A DNA stretch of 64,000 nt from an uncultured Planctomycetaceae bacterium (GTDB taxonomy: Bacteria; Planctomycetota; Planctomycetia; Planctomycetales; Planctomycetaceae). The stretch lies in assembly GCA_963813715.1 (NCBI GenBank), contig CAWFAK010000005.1, positions 160,001 through 224,000 of the forward strand. Direction: 5' to 3'. Shown in pieces: positions 21,962 through 33,936 of this stretch; position 1 is the first letter of the stretch; every line of letters starts with the position of its first letter. The translations under genes were made by a program, and so were the position numbers. A model generated the notes under the pieces. It had not been told where the DNA came from. It ran no database searches and worked only from the letters and a program-made list of their open reading frames with translations.

Positions 21962-22387
21962 TCACGTCGTGAGAGATCGGCCCTCGAAGATCTTCTTGGG
22001 CAGGGTCAATTTGGCGATGCTCGGCGATCCGACCTCGAAGGTGGCGTCCTCCGTCCAAAGGATCCGCCGAGTGCGAACGTGGTGGATTTCGTTCCAGGGA
22101 ATGAACAGCGGCGGATGTCCGGCCCGAAACGGCCACATCGTCGTCAAATATATTCCGTCCAGGCCGCTGTAGATCGTCAAAGAGCTGCTGTAGTTCACCC
22201 AGCCGACGGAACCGCTTTGCCAGAGGAACCGCCGCCCCGCCGGCAAATCGGTCGCGGGGTAGAACTCGGCGAGCCGCCGCCATCCGCCCAGTGCCGCCAG
22301 GATGAAGAGGCTGACCGAAATCACCCCGAACATCAGCAGGGGGACGACGAGGATCAGCGACCAAATCACCACCACCGGATTGGCCAT
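21962..22387 (-). CDS. Hypothetical membrane-anchored protein
   Basis: N-terminal TM helix followed by GGWRRLA..Y..HPPLFIPW. Confidence 0.75.
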   Translation of the reverse strand: MANPVVVIWSLILVVPLLMFGVISVSLFILAALGGWRRLAEFYPATDLPAGRRFLWQSGSVGWVNYSSSLTIYSGLDGIYLTTMWPFRAGHPPLFIPWNEIHHVRTRRILWTEDATFEVGSPSIAKLTLPKKIFEGRSLTT

Positions 22388-22440
22388 TGAGTTGACGGAA
22401 CCTCATGAACTCACGGGGAGCAACAAATGCGCCGGCTCCG

Positions 22441-22959
22441 TCAGCGAAGCTGCACGGGAACGAGGCTGCAACTCTTCGCGTAGCCGAGCGCCCGCTTGAC
22501 GGTCGGCGGGATGCGGCTGCTGGCAATCGCATAGGAAAGTTCGATCAAGCCCCGCTCGCCGTAACGTTGCCGCAACGTGTCCCGCAGGCCGTCGTCTTCG
22601 TCGCTCGCATTGAGCACCGACTGGGCGAACCGCAGCACGTCGGCCAGCTCGGGCGTCAGCGAGTCGGTCTCGCCTGCCAGCACGGTCCGAATCAGCTGCG
22701 GGTCAACGCCGCTTTGCCGGGCCAGGTTCACGCCGATCTGCAGGCAGGTGCCGCAATCTTCGTGCTGCAGCGCGGCGATCGACGCCACGAACCAGGCGTC
22801 CCGCGGCAGCACCTTGCGACTGTTGGCGAACGGCATGATGCTGGCAAAACGAAAAAACATCCCCGGCGAGACGTCGACGATGTGGCGAATGTACTCCACC
22901 GACTCGCCCAGTTTTTTCTCCTCGGCGTTGAGTTTGCGTTTAATCAGCCACCGCAGCAT
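22441..22959 (-). CDS. Carboxymuconolactone decarboxylase/AhpD-like protein
   Basis: HEDCGTC CxxC motif in a helical protein; ATG 22959 with GAGGTG RBS. Confidence 0.75.
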   Translation of the reverse strand: MLRWLIKRKLNAEEKKLGESVEYIRHIVDVSPGMFFRFASIMPFANSRKVLPRDAWFVASIAALQHEDCGTCLQIGVNLARQSGVDPQLIRTVLAGETDSLTPELADVLRFAQSVLNASDEDDGLRDTLRQRYGERGLIELSYAIASSRIPPTVKRALGYAKSCSLVPVQLR

Positions 22960-23261
22960 GGGCACCTCCCCGAAACAGATCGTGCGTGGAGGACAGTTCA
23001 CATCCCGATCGGACAAAATGCATCTATGCGAAGTGTCCCGTCCCACCAAGGGTTCCGTCCAGCGCTCGGGTGCCACTAGGTGCCATTGGCGGGAGCTTTG
23101 GCCCGCCAGTTCTCTCCGAGACATGCACAGTCGGACGACATTGACGTCTCAATCGGCGTTGCTGAAGTGATCGACCACATCGTCAGTCGGTTGCCGTGAC
23201 TGGCGTGGATTAAAATGGGTGGGAAACTCCCACCCAATTGGGAAGGCCGTCCGCACCACTC

Positions 23262-23828
23262 ATGCCACGATATTTCGCCGCACTAACGCTCGTGCTCGTC
23301 GTCGGACTGGTGTTGTCCCGCGTCTTCATGATGAGGCGACGCGGCATCCGGGCGATGCGCTTCGGGCAGCTCGACAAGCGGGACTTCTTGATCCCGCCGT
23401 TCGCGTTCTTCTACTTCTATCTCGTCTTCGCCGCCGCGTTCGGCCTCCCCACCGTTAGCCGGCAAGAGTTCTTCGATTCGGAAGTCGTCGCCTGGATCGG
23501 CGTGCTGTTTTGCCTGGCCGGCGTGGTGGGCTTGGCGTGGAGCCTCGTCTCGTTCGGCCGCAGCTTTCGCGTCGGCATCGATACCGAGCAACCGGACAAA
23601 CTGATCACGACGGGCATCTTCCGCCTCAGCCGCAATCCGATCTACGTGGCCTTCGCCTTCGTGCTGATCGGCCAGTTCCTGATCTTCCTCAACTGGATCC
23701 TGCTGGCCTATCCGCTCGCCGCGAGCTGGCTGGTCCATCGCCAGGTTCTGCTTGAGGAGCATTATCTCAAGAGTCACTACGGCCAGGAGTACGCCGACTA
23801 TTGCCGCCGCGTCCGGCGGTATTTGTGA
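23262..23828 (+). CDS. Isoprenylcysteine carboxylmethyltransferase/PEMT family membrane protein
   Basis: LITTGIFRLSRNPIY, EEHYL..YG.EY..Y.RRVRRYL. Confidence 0.9.
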   Translation: MPRYFAALTLVLVVGLVLSRVFMMRRRGIRAMRFGQLDKRDFLIPPFAFFYFYLVFAAAFGLPTVSRQEFFDSEVVAWIGVLFCLAGVVGLAWSLVSFGRSFRVGIDTEQPDKLITTGIFRLSRNPIYVAFAFVLIGQFLIFLNWILLAYPLAASWLVHRQVLLEEHYLKSHYGQEYADYCRRVRRYL

Positions 23829-23844
23829 CGACGATGACGGGTCG

Positions 23845-24897
23845 CTAGCTCATGGTTCCCCCGCAACGCAGCGGCGGACGCGTGCCGGCCCGAACCTTTT
23901 CTTCTGCGATTCCGCCCGCGTCGGCAGAGAACAGATAGGGAACCCCAAGAGTCGAAGCCAAACGCTCCGCCAACCGGGCACCGCCAGCGAAGTCGCTGGT
24001 TAAGAAAAGAGCCAGCCGAAGGTACTTCTGGCTCGGTTGGTTGGCGAGAACGAGCACGCCTTGGACGGCCCAGTCGCTCTGCGTTCGGCGGGGCTGGCCG
24101 ATGACGACCTTCCAGGGGCAAATCTGCACGGCCCTGACGACTTCGCGCGGAAACGCGAGGGCCCGCCTCGGAGTGTCTCCGATGAAGATCCACCTCACGC
24201 CGGCACTCACGTCCGCGTTCTCCGGTTCGGGTGGCTCCGCCAGATCAAGTTCAAGGTCGCTTCCGTTCCGCGGAATGCTCAGCCAAGAGAGCCGGCGATA
24301 TCCGGCGCGCATTATCAGGCCGATCAAGTAAAGCACGGTACCGCCGCAGGCGAGCGTCACGAGCGTTCCGGCCAAGATCGCTGGCACCCAGCCGCCAACG
24401 TTGAGCTGCGTGCGGAAGATCCAGCTCCAGAGGGCGGCACCCAGAATCAGAAAGGGGATGCCGAAGCCAAGTAAGAAGAGTCGGTCATATTGCCGCACCT
24501 GAGACGAGGGCCGGAGTTGCCAGCCGTTGGAATCTTCGATGAGCTCGTGAGTCAGTCGCCCGTGAACGACGGCGCCTTCGACGACGACCGGCTCCCGCGG
24601 AACATCCGGTAGCACGTCCGAAGCAGCATGGCGCACGCGTACAGGCGAGATCAAGCGGGGTAGCATCGACAGGCAAGCCGCGCTTCCGACCAGCGCGAAC
24701 CCTCCGAAAACCGCTCGCGCGACCCAACGCTGCGGACCGGCAGGTGCCGTCTGCCCGATCGTGAAGAACCCGATCACGCCGATCAGTAGAAATCCCGCGA
24801 CGACGGCCAGCCCGACCCAGAGGAGCGGCCGATCGACTTCCGATTCCACCTCACGCCAGGCGGGAGTCTCCAGCACAGCGCGTGTCCTAGCAATCAA
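23845..24897 (-). CDS. Hypothetical membrane protein (4 TM)
   Basis: 350-aa ORF with four hydrophobic segments; start uncertain. Confidence 0.65.
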   Translation of the reverse strand: MIARTRAVLETPAWREVESEVDRPLLWVGLAVVAGFLLIGVIGFFTIGQTAPAGPQRWVARAVFGGFALVGSAACLSMLPRLISPVRVRHAASDVLPDVPREPVVVEGAVVHGRLTHELIEDSNGWQLRPSSQVRQYDRLFLLGFGIPFLILGAALWSWIFRTQLNVGGWVPAILAGTLVTLACGGTVLYLIGLIMRAGYRRLSWLSIPRNGSDLELDLAEPPEPENADVSAGVRWIFIGDTPRRALAFPREVVRAVQICPWKVVIGQPRRTQSDWAVQGVLVLANQPSQKYLRLALFLTSDFAGGARLAERLASTLGVPYLFSADAGGIAEEKVRAGTRPPLRCGGTMS

Positions 24898-24920
24898 ATG
24901 CAGAATTATTGAGGACTAGA

Positions 24921-25508
24921 TCAGTCGCGCCCCACGCCATCCAGCAGCACGTCCACAATCTGCACGGCCACTTCTCGCGAGACTTCGGCTTCATCCTTGA
25001 TGGTCAAGATCACCCAGAAGTTGATCATCGCGTTGAGGGCTGTTTCCAGGGCTTCGACTTTGGTGGAGTCGATGAGGCCGGCGGTGGCGGCGCGGGTGGC
25101 CGATTCGTGGACGAGTTGGCCGCCGGTGCCGGCCGCGGCGAGGATGGCCGGGTGGAGCGGGCTTTCGTCGGGGCCGAAGAAGACCGAGTAGAAGAACTTG
25201 GAGAAGTCGCGGTTGGCGCGACAGTAATCGAGATGGCACCAGACGACTTCGACCAGCGCCTCGCGGGGCGGTCGCGGCTCTTCGATGACGGCTCGCAGCC
25301 GGGCGTAAAACGGCGACAGGAAGCGGGCGAGCACCGCCTCGCAAAGCCCTTCCTTGCTCTTGAAGTAGTAGTAGAGCATGGGCTTGGTGACACCGGCCGC
25401 TTCCACGATCTCGCGGGTCGACGTGGCCTCGAACCCTTTGCGGGCAAACAGCCCGAGGGCCGCTTGCAGGATGTCTTCCGCGATCGGGGTTGAAACCTGG
25501 ACTTCCAT
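24921..25508 (-). CDS. TetR/AcrR family transcriptional regulator
   Basis: ILQAALGLFARKGFEATSTREIVEAAGVTKPMLYYYFKSKEGL. Confidence 0.95.
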   Translation of the reverse strand: MEVQVSTPIAEDILQAALGLFARKGFEATSTREIVEAAGVTKPMLYYYFKSKEGLCEAVLARFLSPFYARLRAVIEEPRPPREALVEVVWCHLDYCRANRDFSKFFYSVFFGPDESPLHPAILAAAGTGGQLVHESATRAATAGLIDSTKVEALETALNAMINFWVILTIKDEAEVSREVAVQIVDVLLDGVGRD

Positions 25509-25639
25509 GGCAGCGTACTACTGAAGTGCGTTCGCTCGACTGGGTGAGGACTGGCGGCCGATCTGAGCCCCGCCGGGCTGGCGGTCAGCGAGTTTCGGCC
25601 CGAGATTCAGCGGCTGACAATCCCCCGGAAAGAACGCGC

Positions 25640-25688
25640 TTGACCTAGGCGGCCGTTCTGATTTAGTTTATTACCTACCGGTAGGTAA
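25640..25688 (+). promoter_or_regulatory. Promoter of the RND operon with perfect 18-bp palindromic TetR-type operator
   Basis: TTGACC (25640) ... TAGTTT (25664), immediately followed by TTACCTACCGGTAGGTAA (25671-25688). Confidence 0.8.
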
Positions 25689-25736
25689 AAAGCAACCCCT
25701 AAACCGAACTCCTTTGGCAGGCTTGTTGTTGGGGAA

Positions 25737-27068
25737 ATGAGTAAGACCAAAAATCGACTGATTGGCGCGGTCATCGTCGGGGCCGTCGTCCTGGCGGGGG
25801 CCTGGACGCTCGGATACGCGGGCTTTGGCGGCCCGGCGCGCGAGGCACTGCCCCCCGAGCCGACGGCCGAGCAAGCCCCGGCGGGCGCGGTGGCCGTCAC
25901 TTTGGAAAACGTGTCGCTGCGTCCCGTGCAGCGGACGATCGAAACCGTCGGCACGCTCTTCCCCTTCGAGCAGGTGATCGAGTGTGCCAAGGTCGAAGGC
26001 CGCGTGCGAAAGATCGCGCATGACGTGGGCGACCGAGTGAAGCCGGGCGACATGCTGCTCGAGGTCGATCCGACCGATTTCGAACTGTCGGTCCGGCAGG
26101 CGCAGCGAGCGCTCGAGGTCGAACAGGCCAAGCTCGGGCTGAGCGAAGCGCCGACGGGCGACTTCGACGTGTCGCAACTGCCCGTCGTGGTGGAAGCGGG
26201 TGCGAAGGCGGGGCGGGCCAAAGAGCGGCTCGACCGGGTTCGCATGCTCGTCGCGCGAAGCGCGCTCTCGAAGGAAGAGATGGGCAATGCCAACAGCGAT
26301 GCCCGCGCGCTTGAGGCGGAATACCAGAACCAAATCCTGATGGCCAAGAGCGGCGTGGCCACGGTGCAGATGAAACAAGAGGCCCTGGCGATCGTCACGC
26401 AGCAACTGCGCGATACGCGGATCGTCGCCCCGCGGCCTTCGGCGAGCGATCCCAACGTCGAGATGACGTACGCCATCACCAGTCGCAGCGCGGCCGAGGG
26501 TTCGTTCGTGCGGATCGGCACGGAAGTCTTCAAGCTCGTGATCGACCGGATGCTCAAACTCAAAGTGCCGGTGCCCGATCGTTACGTCGGCGAGGTGAAA
26601 GAAGGCCAGAAGGCGAGCGTGAAGACGGCCGCCTACGAGAAAGCGTTCGAGGGCACGGTGACGCGAATCAATCCGTCGGTCGACCAAGCGACGCGGACCT
26701 TCGAGGTCGAAATCCAGGTCCCCAATCCGGACGGCGTATTGAAGTCGGGCAGTTTTGCCAAGGCGGCCATCGTCACGCGGCGGGACGTCAACACGCAGAC
26801 CGTGCCGCTCGACGCCGTCGTGCGTTTCGCGGGCATCACGAAGATTTTTCTCAAGGAAGGTGACAAGGCTCGCGAGCGGCAAGTGACGCCGGGCGCGATG
26901 ACGGCCGACTGGATCGAGATTGCCAGCCCGAAGTTACCGACCGGAGCGCAGGTGGTGACGAGCGGCCAATCGCTGCTGTCCGACGGCTTGCCGATCTTCG
27001 TGCGACATCCGAGCGGGGCGGGCCCGCGGACCGCGAGCCAGGTCGAGGCGGAGCCGAAGCAGGAGTGA
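25737..27068 (+). CDS. RND efflux periplasmic adaptor (membrane fusion protein)
   Basis: N-terminal TM, KVEGRV..DVGDRVKPGD, GTVTRINPSVDQATRTFEV, LKSGSFA, VVTSGQ. Confidence 0.93.
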   Translation: MSKTKNRLIGAVIVGAVVLAGAWTLGYAGFGGPAREALPPEPTAEQAPAGAVAVTLENVSLRPVQRTIETVGTLFPFEQVIECAKVEGRVRKIAHDVGDRVKPGDMLLEVDPTDFELSVRQAQRALEVEQAKLGLSEAPTGDFDVSQLPVVVEAGAKAGRAKERLDRVRMLVARSALSKEEMGNANSDARALEAEYQNQILMAKSGVATVQMKQEALAIVTQQLRDTRIVAPRPSASDPNVEMTYAITSRSAAEGSFVRIGTEVFKLVIDRMLKLKVPVPDRYVGEVKEGQKASVKTAAYEKAFEGTVTRINPSVDQATRTFEVEIQVPNPDGVLKSGSFAKAAIVTRRDVNTQTVPLDAVVRFAGITKIFLKEGDKARERQVTPGAMTADWIEIASPKLPTGAQVVTSGQSLLSDGLPIFVRHPSGAGPRTASQVEAEPKQE

Positions 27069-27211
27069 GCTGTCTGTCGGACTGCGACGCGGGGAAAAAA
27101 GACAATGAGAAGAAGGAAGGCAAAGAACCGGCGGGCTGACACCCGCCGCTCGCCAGGTTGCTCGCCGGACTCAACTAGCACACTGCTTGCCACTCGACTC
27201 TTCGCTGCCCT

Positions 27212-30351
<3,140 letters not shown>

Positions 30352-30375
30352 GGGCTCGACCTCGATCAGTGCTGC

Positions 30376-30444
30376 GTAGGGCAAGCTGCCAGCTTGCTCC
30401 CATTTCCATTTCGTCGGCTTGGGCAAGCTGCCAGCTTGCCCTAC
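30376..30444. repeat. GTAG-type REP doublet (REPIN-like)
   Basis: GTAGGGCAAGCTGCCAGCTTGC ... GGGCAAGCTGCCAGCTTGCCCTAC. Confidence 0.75.
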
Positions 30445-30657
30445 GTCACCGACCGCGGTTACCACCCTCCGAAAACGGCGACAGGGAGTCAGGCCGTTTC
30501 TCCCGACTCCCTGCCAACCGCTGCGCGCTCGAAGTGCGGAGCACGACGAGCAACACCTACGAGTTCGTTGCGCTCACCGAGCGCAAGCGCTGCGCGGGTG
30601 AGCGAGGTCTCTTCTGGAAAAAGTCTCCGGCAACGCTCCGTGTCGAAATGTTCTGCG

Positions 30658-30795
30658 CCCGGAAAATGCTGGGCGCATCCCGGTCCTTGCAAACGGGCAA
30701 AATGCCCGCTCGGCGGGCCACCGCAACTCGCATGCCCGGGCCAGATTTCGAGACCGGCGGCTCGTCGCTTCGCAATTTTCTCGGCATTTTCCGCG
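30658..30795. promoter_or_regulatory. Candidate enhancer-binding-protein sites
   Basis: Perfect palindrome CGGGCA-AAA-TGCCCG at 30694-30708 plus degenerate copies at 30658 and 30781. Confidence 0.5.
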
Positions 30796-31015
30796 GGAAA
30801 GAGCGGTGGCCGTCGAACCCGTCGAGCACCCGCTTCGCCACGCCCTGCCGCTTGTTCGTGCAGGCCTGCCTGAAGAATGCTGGAGGCGCGCGTCGGGCAC
30901 ATTGCGACGCTTCGCGGTCGCGGATCGAGCAGGTCGCCCGGTCGTTGTGGGCCCACTTCGGACGGGCCTTTTCGCTAAACGTCCCCGCGCAGGCACGTTA
31001 CGGCAATCGCTGGGG

Positions 31016-31031
31016 CGGCACACCGATTGCG
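31016..31031 (+). promoter_or_regulatory. sigma54 -24/-12 promoter
   Basis: CGGCACACCGATTGCG: GG 31017-18, 10-nt spacer, GC 31029-30; 85 nt before ATG 31116. Confidence 0.65.
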
Positions 31032-31115
31032 ACTTACGCCGTCACCACGCGGTGGGCCCGGTCGGATTGCCGGAGCTCCCAGCCGCTTTTCCCTCCCTCC
31101 CCGAGCACCCGCAGC

Positions 31116-32543
31116 ATGGCCGCTCCCAGCGTCTTTTTCGTGATTCCCACCCATCGGCTTCGCGAAGTCGGCGAGACGGTTAAAAGCTACGACGAGCATT
31201 TTTGGCGGAACGGGCATGCCGTGCGGCTGATCGTGTTTGACGACTCCAGCCCCGTGAACCAGGAAAAGTATTATCCGCTGCTCGAGCAGACGAAGACGCA
31301 TAACGAGCTGTACTACGTCGGCCCGCGCGAGAAGGAACAGTTCCTGGCCTACCTCAACGCGCGGCTCCGCGACAAGCGGCTGGAAGGCCTGGTCAAGAAT
31401 CTGTTCCGTCCCAGCTACGGCGGCAACCGCAATTGCACGCTGATGTACACGCTGGGCGGGCTGATGGTCTCGGCCGACGACGACATGCGTCCCTATACGC
31501 TGCTTGGAGCACAGCCCCGAAACGCTCGGGCCGGAAGAAGTCTGTCGCGGCAAGCTGGTGCGGACGGGGGAAAACGGCTACAGCAAAAAGTCGTTCGACG
31601 TGCTGGGCTCATTCCTCGACGTGCTGGGCAAGCGGGTAAGCGAAGCGCCGGACAACTACGAGCGGGGCGAGCTCCTGGTCGACACCGCGATGGACCTCGA
31701 GACCAACACGTCCAACGGTCTCGCGCGGCAAAACTCGCTCGTGCTCAAGCGCGGTCCCCTCGCGGGCGACGCGCGGATCAAGATGGCCCAGACGTTTCGC
31801 TCGGGCACCAACGACCTCGACGCCATCGACTACGTCGACATGTTTTTGGAGGACGACGACCAGACCGATCCCGACGCCCTCTCCGATTTCTACGTGCTCG
31901 TCAATTTTCGGCCCGTCGTCACCAAGAAGAACTGGCGGATGGACTGCGGCGTCGCCGCCTACGACAACTCGTTCGGCCTGCCGCCGTTCTTTCCGACGCG
32001 GCTGCGGTTCGAGGATTACATCTACCGCCTGTGGGTGCAGCAGGAGGGAATCGCGGCCGCCCACGTCGACGCGGCGCAGAATCACATCAAGAGCAACTAC
32101 ATGCGGAACCCGCCGGCGGCGGAGGTCTTCAACGAGGAAGTCTCCAACCTGCTCAAGCGGAAGATCAAGTCGACGGTGACCCGGCTGGACGAGCTGTCGA
32201 TCTCGTTCGATTACGACGGGGAAGTGACGGCACAGGACGCGCAGGAAATCCTCGACAAGATCGGCGCGCTCCACAGCCGCGCCTTGGAAGCCGCGCAGAC
32301 CACGAAGGGCGCGGAGCGGCGCAGGCCCTCCGCGTCTTCGCCGCCAACTTGAACAAGGCCTTTTACGGCTTTGAACCCGATTTTTTCCAGCAGAACCTGC
32401 TGCGGATCGTGGACGACGTGATCAGCGTCATCAAAGGCTCGATCGAGCTCTGGCCGACGCTCGTCGAGATCGCCTACTTCCAGAAAAACCGGATCGGCCT
32501 GCCGCAAATCCGCGTGCAGAACGAAAAACTTGGAGTCGGTTGA
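31116..32543 (+). CDS. Uncharacterised GT-A-fold-like protein (~475 aa; compensating frameshifts ~31503 and ~32320)
   Basis: FFVIPTHR, LIVFDDS, SYGGNRN, VSADDDM (DxD); middle portion in ORF 31504..32352. Confidence 0.75.
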   Translation: MAAPSVFFVIPTHRLREVGETVKSYDEHFWRNGHAVRLIVFDDSSPVNQEKYYPLLEQTKTHNELYYVGPREKEQFLAYLNARLRDKRLEGLVKNLFRPSYGGNRNCTLMYTLGGLMVSADDDMRPYTLLGAQPRNARAGRSLSRQAGADGGKRLQQKVVRRAGLIPRRAGQAGKRSAGQLRAGRAPGRHRDGPRDQHVQRSRAAKLARAQARSPRGRRADQDGPDVSLGHQRPRRHRLRRHVFGGRRPDRSRRPLRFLRARQFSARRHQEELADGLRRRRLRQLVRPAAVLSDAAAVRGLHLPPVGAAGGNRGRPRRRGAESHQEQLHAEPAGGGGLQRGSLQPAQAEDQVDGDPAGRAVDLVRLRRGSDGTGRAGNPRQDRRAPQPRLGSRADHEGRGAAQALRVFAANLNKAFYGFEPDFFQQNLLRIVDDVISVIKGSIELWPTLVEIAYFQKNRIGLPQIRVQNEKLGVG

Positions 32544-32629
32544 AGTCGCCAAACGAAGGACAGACTGGAACGCGTGGGCCGCCGGCCGACGCCATTGTCG
32601 ATAAACGGAATTTTACAGAAGGAACTATC

Positions 32630-33851
32630 ATGCGCATCGCACAAGTCGCGCCGCTTTGCGAGAGCGTGCCTCCCCTGCGTTACGGGGGGACCGAACGCGT
32701 CGTTTCGTACCTGACCGAGGAGCTGGTCCGGCTGGGCCACGAAGTGACCCTGTTTGCCAGCGGCGATTCGGTGACGAGCGCCAAGCTCGTGCCCGGATGT
32801 CCGCGGGCCCTCTGGCACGAGCCCTCCTGCCGCGAAGAGCTGCCGCACCACGTGCGGCTGATGGAGCTGGTATTCGCGGACGCCTCGCGGTTCGACCTGA
32901 TCCATTTTCACGTCGACTCGGTGCAGTTTCCGCTTTTGCGGCGCGTCGCTTGTCGGAGCGTGACCACCCTGCACGGGCGGCTCGACCTGCCCGATCTGCA
33001 GCCCCTCTTCGAGGAGTTCTCGGAAATTCCCGTCGTCTCGATTTCGGACAACCAGCGGCTGCCGATCCCCGGAGCCAACTGGCAGGGGACCGTGCTGCAC
33101 GGCCTGCCGCGGGACGTGCACACGTTTCGCGAGCAGCCGGGGAGTTATCTCGCCTTCCTGGGCCGCATCTCCCCGGAAAAACGGCTCGACCGCGCGATTG
33201 AAATCGCCCGCTTGTCCGGCCGCAAGCTGAAGGTCGCCGCCCGCATCTATAAAGGCGAGCGCGACTACGTCAAAGAGACAATCGAGCCGCTGCTCGAAAA
33301 GTACGCCTCGTTCGTCGAGTTCATCGGCGAAGTGGGCGGCCGCGACAAGGACGAGTTCTTGGGCAATGCGGAGGCCCTGCTCTTTCCCATCGACTGGCCC
33401 GAACCCTTTGGGCTGGTGATGATCGAGGCCCTGGCCTGCGGCACGCCGGTGATCGCTTGGCCCTGCGGCTCGGTGCCCGAGGTGATTGAAGACGGAGTGT
33501 CGGGCTACATCGTGGACAGCATCGACGATGCGGTCGACGCGGTCCGCCGCGTCCAATGGCTTGATCGCCGCGCCTGCCGCCGGGCGTTCGAGTCGCGGTT
33601 CGACGCCACGCGGATGGCCAACGATTACCTCCGCATTTATCGCCGCCAGCTCCAGTCGGGTCCGCACGAAGCGGCCAAAGGACTGCGCCACGCCGGCCCG
33701 AGTAGAACTCCCGTGCATCCACACGAGAGGCTGCGGACTGTGCGGCCGCACAGTCAACTGTTGGGCACTATGCCTGCAAGCGTGCCCCGCGGGATTGCGC
33801 AGCGAGGCCGAGTCGGGCGAGATCGCGCCCAACGAGGTCGAGCCCGTGTAG
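32630..33851 (+). CDS. Glycosyltransferase family 4 (3' end uncertain; catalytic domain ends ~33655, probable frameshift in tail)
   Basis: MRIAQVAPL.ESVPPLRYGGTERVV, FLGRISPEK, WPEPFGLVMIEALACGTPV; GAAGGA RBS. Confidence 0.92.
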
Positions 33852-33888
33852 AATTCCTCCGTAGAGAATTCCGCCGTGTAAAAATTTC
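33844..33888. repeat. Three tandem degenerate 15-nt repeats
   Basis: CCGTGTAGAATTCCT / CCGTAGAGAATTCCG / CCGTGTAAAAATTTC. Confidence 0.7.
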
Positions 33889-33936
33889 TCGGGCAAGATT
33901 CCCGGAGTCGATCCGGCGCAAAATCGGAGCAGGGCG